From: a virus | Taxonomy: Duplodnaviria; Caudoviricetes | Virus record (IMG/VR): IMGVR_UViG_3300045996_000936 | Coordinates: 523-64,522 of that record | Reading direction: 5' to 3' (one strand) | DNA length: 64,000 bases | Part shown: one piece after another, positions 35,079-43,032 of the stretch | Layout: every line of letters starts with the position of its first letter | Numbering within the stretch: the stretch's first letter is position 1 | Program-made: the position numbers and the translations under genes | Notes under the pieces: model-generated | The model's input: the letters and a program-made list of their open reading frames with translations, nothing else | Told to the model about the DNA's origin: nothing | Database searches by the model: none

Positions 35079-35579
35079 TTATTCAGCCGACCCTCGATAG
35101 AACCATTCTATACCCTGCTCTCGCAGGAGCGTCCGGCGAAGGTTCGCTCGGATCGCCCTCCGCTGCCGGTCGGCCAAACGCCCGACCTGCCCGATACACC
35201 CCCTCAGGAGCATCTGCTCAAGGAGGTAGTCTTCCCAGTCCTGGTCCTCATCCACGTAGCCTAGCTCGCAGTAAACCAGCCCCTCCAGTAGGATCCTCTC
35301 CTCCAGGCTACGCATCGTCTCCTTAGAGATCGCGTTGCAGTCACGCCAGGGATGCTCCTCCTCCATCCAGGCTGCAAATCTGCCGTATCGGCCTGGGCTG
35401 CGATCGAAGACTTCCTGGATCGCGGCAGCGACAGAATCCGAGTTCAGGACTGCGCCCTTCTGTCCGAAACCAGCGCACAGCTCCCTCGTCTTCATGAAGT
35501 CCAGACGGAGCCGGGTTCCGGCATCCTGGACCAGCAGCTGTTTTCCGTTCGACTGGAAGGTGAAGTATCTGACACGCAT
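35079..35579 (-). CDS. Hypothetical protein
   Basis: 166-aa ORF. Confidence 0.6.
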   Translation of the reverse strand: MRVRYFTFQSNGKQLLVQDAGTRLRLDFMKTRELCAGFGQKGAVLNSDSVAAAIQEVFDRSPGRYGRFAAWMEEEHPWRDCNAISKETMRSLEERILLEGLVYCELGYVDEDQDWEDYLLEQMLLRGCIGQVGRLADRQRRAIRANLRRTLLREQGIEWFYRGSAE

Positions 35580-35634
35580 GGCGTCTCTCTGGAAGGAAGG
35601 GGAGCCGGGTCAGTCCCCGGCTCAGGAGTGGGAA

Positions 35635-36318
35635 CTAATGGAAGAAGATCCAGGTAGAACCGGCGGAGGTATTCAGGCAGGCGAGGTACTCCTTCATACG
35701 CTCCAGGTCTTCACCCATCCAAGCCCAGGCGTTCAGCAAGATGTCGTCCTTGTTGGAGCCACCCTTGATCCCCAGCATCCGGTTGGCGCGGAGGAGGTCC
35801 TTACCGCGAGCGTCGTACCGGAGGCAGCGCTTGAACCTCGCGATCTGCTGGACGAGCTTCTGCTTCTCGGCGTAGGCTTCCTCGCCGCCAGCCTCAGCGA
35901 TCGCCTGCTCCTGGAGCAGAGCACACTCCAGGTCGGAGTGGAACCGCTCCAGCTCGTCGGAGCACTCGGCGAAGGCCTTGACCTCGGCCACCTCAGCCAG
36001 GTGCTGCAGAGGCTGGTTGGTGCGGAGGAGGTTCCCGGAGAGGATCCGGTCGGTGCGACGCTGGATGTACTTCGCGGCGAGAGTCTGGAATTGCTCCTCG
36101 CTCTCGGAAGCGTAGGCCACTTCGACCAGATCCAGGGACTGACGCCAGACCATCTCCTTCAGGAGAAGGCTCTCGCCTTCCCAGCCCAGGACGTAAGCGA
36201 AGCCTTGGTTCTCAACACGAGCAGCGAACTCCGCAGCCTTCTTGTCGTAAGCCTCGCGGAGCCGGCTGGCAAAGCGGATCATGTCGGTGGACTTCAGGGA
36301 CTTCAGTCGGGCGAACAT
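35635..36318 (-). CDS. Hypothetical protein
   Basis: Start MFARLK after GGAGGTGTAGA. Confidence 0.7.
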   Translation of the reverse strand: MFARLKSLKSTDMIRFASRLREAYDKKAAEFAARVENQGFAYVLGWEGESLLLKEMVWRQSLDLVEVAYASESEEQFQTLAAKYIQRRTDRILSGNLLRTNQPLQHLAEVAEVKAFAECSDELERFHSDLECALLQEQAIAEAGGEEAYAEKQKLVQQIARFKRCLRYDARGKDLLRANRMLGIKGGSNKDDILLNAWAWMGEDLERMKEYLACLNTSAGSTWIFFH

Positions 36319-36390
36319 TCTACACCTCCGGACCAGGGCGGAGGGAAGATTCCCTCCGCCCTTATTATGCCTCAATTCATCCTTGCCGGG
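36316..36390 (-). promoter_or_regulatory. Class I early cassette (box inverted)
   Basis: CCCGGCAAG-N12-CATAATAAG-GGGCGGAGGGAA/TTCCCTCCGCCC hairpin-GGAGGTGTAGAATG. Confidence 0.8.
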
Positions 36391-36400
36391 TTGCGTTATT

Positions 36401-36679
36401 CTAGCTCGCCAGAGGATTCTTCGTCCCCGCCTCGTATCCCAGCTGGTACGCTCCAGCTGCGCAAGTGGCGCACTGCTTAAGAGTATCCACCCAGTCCAAC
36501 GCCACGTCCTCTGCTGGGACCAGTACGATATACTTAGCTGGACCGTCCCCCTTAACCACGTCTACGGTCTCCAGCTCCGCATTGCGGAAGCCGAGCACCG
36601 TCTGTATTGACTTCAGTACCGCCTGCGCTTCCCCTTCTTCATGGTACCTCCCTGCCTCTATCTTAGCTGCGTCTGCCAC
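36401..36679 (-). CDS. Hypothetical protein
   Basis: 92 aa, AAGGAG RBS. Confidence 0.6.
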   Translation of the reverse strand: MADAAKIEAGRYHEEGEAQAVLKSIQTVLGFRNAELETVDVVKGDGPAKYIVLVPAEDVALDWVDTLKQCATCAAGAYQLGYEAGTKNPLAS

Positions 36680-36863
36680 GTCTCGGCTCCTTCCTCTTCG
36701 TAACCTGGGAGAGAATCTCCCACTCTTCCGGGTTGGTCACATCTTAGGTCTGCACGACAGTGACCCGGCTCCCGTAGTTCCCCGAGACCAGGACGGGCAT
36801 TCCTCCACTCTTGTGCCGGATGACGTCGCCCACCTGCAGGTCTCTCATTTCCTCTGGCTTCAA
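36663..36863 (-). pseudogene. Small ORF interrupted by an in-frame TAA
   Basis: MKPEEMRDLQVGDVIRHKSGGMPVLVSGNYGSRVTVVQT*DVTNPEEWEILSQ...; stop at 36744-36746; the frame fills the intergenic gap. Confidence 0.5.
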
Positions 36864-36876
36864 CTCCTGGTCCTCT

Positions 36877-37098
36877 CTAGCGATAGGTCGCTTCTTCGAA
36901 TTCGTCTACCAGGTCATTCACCTGGGACTGGCTGAACGGAGTACCCTTCGGAACGCTAATCGTAAGCTTCTCTTCATTGTACAGGAATCCGTACCCGTAG
37001 GTGTCGGCTATCCAACGCTGGAATCCTTTCAGGTCCCTGAGAGATTCGAAGTCGTACCCGATGGGTGCCGTCTCGACCGTCTGCTCTTCTTCCTTCAC
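36877..37098 (-). CDS. Hypothetical protein
   Basis: 73 aa, GGAGGT RBS. Confidence 0.65.
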   Translation of the reverse strand: MKEEEQTVETAPIGYDFESLRDLKGFQRWIADTYGYGFLYNEEKLTISVPKGTPFSQSQVNDLVDEFEEATYR

Positions 37099-37102
37099 CG
37101 CG

Positions 37103-37321
37103 TTACCTCCCTAATATAACCAGGTGAGGGTGAGCGTTCGTATGATCGCTCATAATTAGAATACTGCCGGACTGCCAGCGTCCACTCAGGCCTGGGTGAA
37201 TCTCCATCTGCTGGACCTCCTCCCAGATTTCGTGGATATGCTCCTTCTCGGACTCGTACTCCCCCTCAGCGTAGTACTTCCCGCTCGGCTTGAAGTAGGT
37301 GAGGGTTACTTTCGTCTTCAT
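37103..37321 (-). CDS. Hypothetical phage protein
   Basis: LTYFKPSGKYY motif; GAGGA RBS. Confidence 0.7.
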   Translation of the reverse strand: MKTKVTLTYFKPSGKYYAEGEYESEKEHIHEIWEEVQQMEIHPGLSGRWQSGSILIMSDHTNAHPHLVILGR

Positions 37322-37330
37322 CGCGTCCTC

Positions 37331-37597
37331 CTACCAGCCGGTAAGGTACCCGGCGACGAACCCGCCTGCCCAGGTAGTGAGGTGCTGGATCATCGGCTTC
37401 CCTTCGTCTTCGGGAGCGAACTCCAGCTGGATCCCAATGCCGCTTGCCAGATCCCAGACGTCCACCGCCAGCTGAGGATGGACCTCTTGCACCTTCAGGA
37501 AGTCCGGATGCTGCCTCAGCTCCTTCACTGCCTCTTCCGCCTGCTCCGGGTCCAGGCTCTCCGCTAGGACCGCGTGCTTCATGTCTTCGTGCGCCAC
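37331..37597 (-). CDS. Hypothetical protein
   Basis: 88 aa, AAGGAG RBS. Confidence 0.65.
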   Translation of the reverse strand: MAHEDMKHAVLAESLDPEQAEEAVKELRQHPDFLKVQEVHPQLAVDVWDLASGIGIQLEFAPEDEGKPMIQHLTTWAGGFVAGYLTGW

Positions 37598-37658
37598 TCG
37601 CTTCTCCTTCTCAAGAGCCGGGTGTCCTCTGGAAGGAAGGACACCCGGCGTGTTCTAT

Positions 37659-37690
37659 GTTAGACTTCGTCGAGGAACGCTTGTATCCCT
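37659..37690 (-). promoter_or_regulatory. Class II promoter motif
   Basis: AGGGA-N16-CGAAGTCTAAC. Confidence 0.55.
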
Positions 37691-37692
37691 TC

Positions 37693-37977
37693 CTACTCCA
37701 GTTCGAGTAGGACGCTGGTCGCCAGCCGATGGATCCGGGCACTCGCCGCTCTCATGGCAATGTTATAACCGGCGATCAGTCCGGCGACTTCACCACGGTA
37801 GTAGTCCTCCGAGTGCTGCAGATCATCAGACCGCATGTTAAGGTAGTACCCGTTAGGGACGTTCTCGTGGATCCCTTCAATCGGCTCGACCAGGACGCGG
37901 ATTGCGTGACCTTCCCAGATAGCTTCAAGGACCATCTCCGCCGCGTCTTCCTTGGTGACCTCTCCGACTCGAACCAT
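37693..37977 (-). CDS. Hypothetical protein, first gene of the early region
   Basis: Start MVRVGE after GGAGGTGTAGA. Confidence 0.7.
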   Translation of the reverse strand: MVRVGEVTKEDAAEMVLEAIWEGHAIRVLVEPIEGIHENVPNGYYLNMRSDDLQHSEDYYRGEVAGLIAGYNIAMRAASARIHRLATSVLLELE

Positions 37978-38044
37978 TCTACACCTCCGAACTGGCGACA
38001 AGAGCGTCGCCCACCTTGTTATGGCTCGAACTAGCCTTGCCGGG
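37975..38044 (-). promoter_or_regulatory. Class I early cassette (box inverted)
   Basis: CCCGGCAAG-N12-CATAACAAG-GGCGAC/GTCGCC hairpin-GGAGGTGTAGAATG. Confidence 0.72.
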
Positions 38045-38069
38045 TCGCGACACGCTCCAAGAGCTTATG

Positions 38070-38279
38070 GTAAGATTGACACGGGAAAACCGGAACCTTT
38101 GGTGGGCCGAATCAGCGATTCAACCCCTTAATGACAATAAGTATTAAGAAAGAAATAATCCTTAAGATAGTAAAACAATAAGGCTGTCGAATTGAGGGAA
38201 TTCCCGCAATCCAACAGCCTTTTGAGGGGTAGTTTTCCCGTTTTGGGGGGTCAAACCTTCCCGTTTTCCCGTGTCAATC
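38070..38279. repeat. Origin-like module B: shorter, inverted relative of module A
   Basis: GATTGACACGGGAAAAC at 38074 with its reverse complement ending 38279; AT-rich core; TTGAGGG copies at 38192 and 38222. Confidence 0.75.
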
Positions 38280-38292
38280 CGGGAATTCCGCG

Positions 38293-39117
38293 TTATACCG
38301 TCTTCGGAATGGTCAGCTCAACAAGCTTTTCGGCGCTGTTGTAGACCACCTTGAAGCCCATGACAGCTCCCAGTTCACTCACCCGGACGAATGCCCTTCC
38401 TTCCAGGAGACGAACCTCCACCGGCTTGACGACGCCGTCGATGGTCAGCCGAGCGATTCCCGAAGGCTTCGGAACGTCGTCGCCAGCTTCCGAAATCGCC
38501 TTGCCGTCCATGATCTCCTGCACCCACCGGAGGTAGGTCTTCCAAGGGAAGCTCCCGCCTGGGTCGGTGTGTCCTCCAGGGATGGCCAGAGCGCGGCTGA
38601 CGTCGCCATGACCGCAGAACCCTCGAACGTCTCGGTCGGTCTTGACCCTCCGGATTTCGGTGTCCGTCAGTCGACGCGCCGGGATGCCGTACTTCGGGCA
38701 GATCACCGTCGCCGCCAGGTAGGCCGAGTTCAAGAGCATCTGCTCGGAGTACTCGTCTCCCCAGTCCGAGACGTTCTGCTTCGCGTACCCGGCGTGCTCG
38801 ATGTGGATGCCGTGGGTGTTCATGCCCTTGGCTCCAGCGCAGAGATCCTTCATCTGAGCGGTCTGGACCACTGAGTTCGAGTCTACGCAGAAGTGCACAC
38901 TGGCAGTGCGACCCCCCGCGCCGTTCTTGAAGTAGTTCGCCACCGACTCGGCGGTGTCTCCCTTCTCCGGTGCTTCCATCGTATGGATAACGATGGCTCG
39001 CTCATCCCTCGCGCCTTCCGACTTGGTCGTGACGCTCCGACTCTGCACGAACTTGCGGTCAACCGCCGCCTTCTGGGCTATTATTAACGACGCCATTGCC
39101 TGCTCCTTCCCGAACAT
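38293..39117 (-). CDS. Endolysin: Amidase_2 N-acetylmuramoyl-L-alanine amidase with a copper-amine-oxidase-N-like C-terminal domain
   Basis: IVIHT, SVHFCVD, IHIEHAG, GHGDV, HTDPG; GRAFVRVSELGAVMGFKVVYN; start may be 39096. Confidence 0.92.
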   Translation of the reverse strand: MFGKEQAMASLIIAQKAAVDRKFVQSRSVTTKSEGARDERAIVIHTMEAPEKGDTAESVANYFKNGAGGRTASVHFCVDSNSVVQTAQMKDLCAGAKGMNTHGIHIEHAGYAKQNVSDWGDEYSEQMLLNSAYLAATVICPKYGIPARRLTDTEIRRVKTDRDVRGFCGHGDVSRALAIPGGHTDPGGSFPWKTYLRWVQEIMDGKAISEAGDDVPKPSGIARLTIDGVVKPVEVRLLEGRAFVRVSELGAVMGFKVVYNSAEKLVELTIPKTV

Positions 39118-39322
39118 TGACGGTATCGACCGAGTCGGTCTGAACCGTCGGGTGCTGCTTCGGCTCGCTCTGCTTCATGAAGCCGATCAAGCCTGTCGGT
39201 ATCCCGGCTGCTGTAATGATTAGAGCCTCCGAGACGTCCTTCCCGATGGAGTAGAGGTAGAATATCCCTACCCACAGGAGAAGATCGATCAGTAACAGCC
39301 CGAGGATGATGATCAGATTCAT
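39059..39322 (-). CDS. Holin-like membrane protein
   Basis: Two hydrophobic segments; immediately upstream of the endolysin. Confidence 0.65.
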   Translation of the reverse strand: MNLIIILGLLLIDLLLWVGIFYLYSIGKDVSEALIITAAGIPTGLIGFMKQSEPKQHPTVQTDSVDTVNVREGAGNGVVNNSPEGGG

Positions 39323-39326
39323 CGTC

Positions 39327-39773
39327 TCATTGGCTGTCCTTCTGCATTTGGCTTCTTGCATCCTCCAGTTCCTTTCCCCAGAATGGAGCATCGAGCTTCG
39401 CGTACTCCTGCTGGAGCATGATCTCCACCGTATCGATTCGATGTATGACCTCTTCCAGTCTGAGTCGAATCTGGTCCATATGCATGTCTGGCATCTGTAT
39501 CAGACTCAGAATTGCTCCGGTCAACGCTCTTACGAACACCATCTCCGCGAATATGTAGCTATTCATCCTGAGAAGCTTGTCGTACTTTACGTCCAGATTG
39601 TCGAGTCGGGTCACCTCCCGTTCTAGCCTTGTTAGCAGCTCTTGGTTGATTCGACCTCGGTCGTCAAGCTGCTTCTCTCCCAGAGATTGCTTCCCCTTCA
39701 TAAGCTGAAGGAGAAGATTAGCTACCGCGACGATCAGGGCACCTATGACCCCGTAAGTGACCTTGTCTTCCAT
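39327..39773 (-). CDS. Membrane-anchored coiled-coil lysis-module protein
   Basis: N-terminal TM GVIGALIVAVANLLLQL followed by coiled coil. Confidence 0.6.
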   Translation of the reverse strand: MEDKVTYGVIGALIVAVANLLLQLMKGKQSLGEKQLDDRGRINQELLTRLEREVTRLDNLDVKYDKLLRMNSYIFAEMVFVRALTGAILSLIQMPDMHMDQIRLRLEEVIHRIDTVEIMLQQEYAKLDAPFWGKELEDARSQMQKDSQ

Positions 39774-39782
39774 TCCGTTCCT

Positions 39783-40742
39783 TTAGTTCCTAAGCGCGAC
39801 CCAAGGGATAATCGTGTTGGCTGTTCCTCCTCCTAGAGTAAGCGTGGACGGGAGAGGGAATTGTGCAGCGTAGTATCGATGCAGGTAATTCCCGTTCAGT
39901 CCCCTCGCCTGCTCGGTGCTAGACAACGCGACGCCATTGATTCGAGCGACCGTGTTATCGAAGACGATGGCGAGATAGTAAAGTCTCCCAGCTCGAAGCT
40001 GAACTGCAGCGAAAGCAGCCGAAACGGATCCTGCAGCTGGGCAGGCCGTAGACCCGAGGGAGACCAGCCGGTTCCCGTCTTCGTCGTAGATCCCGATGTC
40101 GTAGTTCCCGCTCTGAACTCCGCAGGACCAGTTGAAGGTGTCCACCAGCTGATCATCTGTAGGACGAACCGGAGAGAGGTAGGCTCGGTTGGCCGTCGGA
40201 GTAAGGCTGGTGAGTGCCTGGAGACAGGGGTCGTTCCCGGTGAGGGTATTCAAGGCATCGTTCGTCGGCTTCGCTCTCCTCTGGGGAAGATCCAGGTTGA
40301 TCCGCCCTTGAGGTAGGTTGTTGATCGAGGTGGACTGCGAAACGCCCATGACCACTGAGCTGCAGAGCACGCTCCCCGAGACCGGAGCCACGTTGGTTGC
40401 CGTCGCCGCAAACGTGCCGTCCGGCTTCCTCCATACATACCGGGTGGTGCTCGCTGCTAGCCCGTCGGCAGTAGTGATCCGTACGACGCTGGAGGTCTTC
40501 TGGAGCTTCACTCCAGCCGCCCCTCCGACGAAACCTCGACCTGTAGACATGTCCAGGGCGACCTGCCCGACCACCTGGGAGGCGTTCCAGTCCGCAGCAG
40601 CCAGGATTCCGATCCCGGTCCTCTCGGCCAGCCCGACCAGGAAGTCCTCGGCTTCCTGGACCACCTTATCCCAGTCCGTCCGGGTGACAGGGACATCCAC
40701 TCCTCCGGAGAGGAGCCATTCCATAATTGCCGTGTTAGCCAT
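39783..40742 (-). CDS. Tail fibre / minor tail protein
   Basis: Position at the end of the tail module; beta-rich; TAATG-coupled start MANTA. Confidence 0.65.
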   Translation of the reverse strand: MANTAIMEWLLSGGVDVPVTRTDWDKVVQEAEDFLVGLAERTGIGILAAADWNASQVVGQVALDMSTGRGFVGGAAGVKLQKTSSVVRITTADGLAASTTRYVWRKPDGTFAATATNVAPVSGSVLCSSVVMGVSQSTSINNLPQGRINLDLPQRRAKPTNDALNTLTGNDPCLQALTSLTPTANRAYLSPVRPTDDQLVDTFNWSCGVQSGNYDIGIYDEDGNRLVSLGSTACPAAGSVSAAFAAVQLRAGRLYYLAIVFDNTVARINGVALSSTEQARGLNGNYLHRYYAAQFPLPSTLTLGGGTANTIIPWVALRN

Positions 40743-40954
40743 TAATAGCCTCCGTCGCAGAGAGTTGCCTGCCCTAGAGGAGTAACTCCCAGGACCCAGC
40801 AAGCGTGGATCGTGCCGGAGTCCGAAACTCCTCCAGCAGTGATGAAGCTGTCCGAGCCAGCTTGCGATGGCATTCTCTGGGAGAGAGGGACCATTCTATC
40901 CAGAGAGAGATGTAGGATGCGCTGCTCCGTCCTACGCATCGGGTTTCTCAGCAT
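40742..40954 (-). CDS. Small hypothetical tail-region protein
   Basis: TAATG overlaps at both ends. Confidence 0.6.
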   Translation of the reverse strand: MLRNPMRRTEQRILHLSLDRMVPLSQRMPSQAGSDSFITAGGVSDSGTIHACWVLGVTPLGQATLCDGGY

Positions 40955-43032
40955 TACCTTAACCTCCGAGCACCAGCGATGGTGCCATGCTGCCAGACTC
41001 CGGTTTCCGGGCTGATGGCAACTTCATGCTTCACCGTCTCCACTACCAGTCGGACTCCGTCGGGGAGTCCTTCGCTCTCCATGCCGGAGACCTCCAGCTC
41101 GTCCTTCCTCCCAACAGCCGGGTTGACCCAGAAGGGGAAGGTCGCGTCGTCCTTCAGAGCGAGCAATTCCTGGGAGAGAGAGTTCGCCTTACCCGTTACG
41201 CGAGCGCGATCGGTCGTACCAGGCATGTCCTCTTGGTGGTAGATCCGGAATGGGGAGTACCTACCGCTCAGGATGGAGTTCTCGGCAGGCCAGTCTACTA
41301 CCCAGGCGGCGACTTCCTGATCTCCGATGTCCTTCCCTGTAACTGCCACCGCCGTCGCGCTATCGAGATAGTCCGTTGTTACGGTCACACTCCTCGGACG
41401 CTCCTTCTTAACCGCCCACGCCCTTGCCGTGACCTGATGTACCACGCCAGTGGTATAAAACCTCGGCACCGTGAAGAGCACACCTAAGTCGTCTGCACCG
41501 CACTCCAGCTGGAGCGGATCGAACATCTCCTGGAGAGAACCGAACTTCGGACTCCCAGGCTTGGTCATAATCGTTGGGCGTTCGGGTCGACCCTGCTCGA
41601 TCAACTGGTTCCCGAAGAAGTGCCAGCTCCGACGGCTGGCGTCCCATCCTTCACTGGAGAGCACCCAGTCCGCTGCCGCGTTGGCGGTGAGAACGTCGAG
41701 CGAGCGGACATCGAAGAGGGTCCACTTCAGGGCGTTCCAGAGTCCGGCCGCAGAGATTGCCGTGAGCACCACCTCGGTGTATCCCAGATGCAACTCGCGG
41801 GTTATCGCGCTGACGTAACCGGTGAAGACGCGGGTCGTGGTCGTCACCCCGTCGACGATCTCTTTGATGTCCACCGCGATCTTACGCAGTCGGAGGTTCT
41901 GATCCCAGTCCGAGACCGGCACTCGGAACTTCAAGGTGCAGGTGCCTCCGGAGAGTTCCTTCGGCTTGTCCACGCTGGCGTAATAGAGGAAGGAGTCCCA
42001 AGGCGTCGAAGTGCCGGAGCCGAGTAGGCTGCTGATGAAAGGGTAGTAGAAGTACGTTGCCTCCAAGACAGGAGAGTCATGGAAGACGAAGGGAGTTCCC
42101 GCGACGTCGCTCTTGGTGAAGATTGCGCTAAAGCTGGCTATCCGGTCTACTCCTACGCTGGTGTCCGAGTAGGTGACGGAGGTGCCGGAAGGCTCATGGC
42201 TGATCGAAGCAAAGCTTGCCGTTGCAGCCGGACGACTAACGCCGGTGTTCCTCTGCGGACTCTGCCAGTCTGAGTTGACGAAGTCGACCTCATGCACTCC
42301 GAAGAGGAAGCTTGTCCCCTCGCTGGTAATCTCGAACTTACCTGCTGGCACCTCCGCTCGGTAGATGCTCTTATTCTTCGGGTAGTTCTTGTAGTTCCGA
42401 CCTTCGTCGGTGCTGATCGAGATCCTGCCGTTGAGGCAACGGATGATCATCCGCATCTCGTCGACCTTGCCGTATCCCCCTTGGTAGGAGACACTCCCCA
42501 GATCCATCGCCGTCTGCATCCCCCCGGCTCCGTCTTCTTCCAGGAGGCTGGCCGTGCCATGGGCGAAGAGGATAGCGAAGGCTCCGGTTCCGAAGGTGAA
42601 AACGAAGTACGGAGCGACCCCGTAGTCGTAATCCACCGGAGGCTTACTCGCCTGCAGCGTCAGACAGAAGGTGGGGTTCTCCTTGACCGTGTAGTTCGAG
42701 ATCGCGGTGGTGTAGGGTCCATCCGCATCGGGCTGACTCAGCCGACTTACGTACTCTCCAGAGTCGGAGTACCACTCCTCCAGGTAACCGCTGTTGACCG
42801 TCCAGTCGCTGAGAAGATTGTCCGACATGTAGACGAACGGAGACATTACCAATCCGATGCCGTCGATTCTCTGGAGAAGAGGAACCCCGTCCGCATCGAC
42901 AGGGAAGGCACCCATCTCGCATAGCTCATCCATAGGGTACCACCACTGGAACCCTCGGTCGAGCATGCGCGGCTCTCCGTGCGCTTCGTCGCTTACCGTT
43001 ACACTGACACTCCAGCCGTTGTTTACAGCCAT
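40954..43032 (-). CDS. Tail tip / baseplate hub-like protein
   Basis: 692 aa; C-terminal half has hub-like CTLKF..VFTGYV..I.R and VETVKHE patterns. Confidence 0.65.
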   Translation of the reverse strand: MAVNNGWSVSVTVSDEAHGEPRMLDRGFQWWYPMDELCEMGAFPVDADGVPLLQRIDGIGLVMSPFVYMSDNLLSDWTVNSGYLEEWYSDSGEYVSRLSQPDADGPYTTAISNYTVKENPTFCLTLQASKPPVDYDYGVAPYFVFTFGTGAFAILFAHGTASLLEEDGAGGMQTAMDLGSVSYQGGYGKVDEMRMIIRCLNGRISISTDEGRNYKNYPKNKSIYRAEVPAGKFEITSEGTSFLFGVHEVDFVNSDWQSPQRNTGVSRPAATASFASISHEPSGTSVTYSDTSVGVDRIASFSAIFTKSDVAGTPFVFHDSPVLEATYFYYPFISSLLGSGTSTPWDSFLYYASVDKPKELSGGTCTLKFRVPVSDWDQNLRLRKIAVDIKEIVDGVTTTTRVFTGYVSAITRELHLGYTEVVLTAISAAGLWNALKWTLFDVRSLDVLTANAAADWVLSSEGWDASRRSWHFFGNQLIEQGRPERPTIMTKPGSPKFGSLQEMFDPLQLECGADDLGVLFTVPRFYTTGVVHQVTARAWAVKKERPRSVTVTTDYLDSATAVAVTGKDIGDQEVAAWVVDWPAENSILSGRYSPFRIYHQEDMPGTTDRARVTGKANSLSQELLALKDDATFPFWVNPAVGRKDELEVSGMESEGLPDGVRLVVETVKHEVAISPETGVWQHGTIAGARRLR

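Noticed and set aside
36744-36746. Stop-codon reassignment
   Set aside because: TAA, TAG and TGA all end conserved genes with tight coupling; this is an isolated case.
26973-38044. Recurrent RHNK...RRCRM peptide at the start of several ORF-track proteins, as a possible shared leader peptide
   Set aside because: It is the translation of the promoter -10 (CATAATAAG) and RBS (GGAGGTGTAGAATG); the likely starts are the downstream ATGs.
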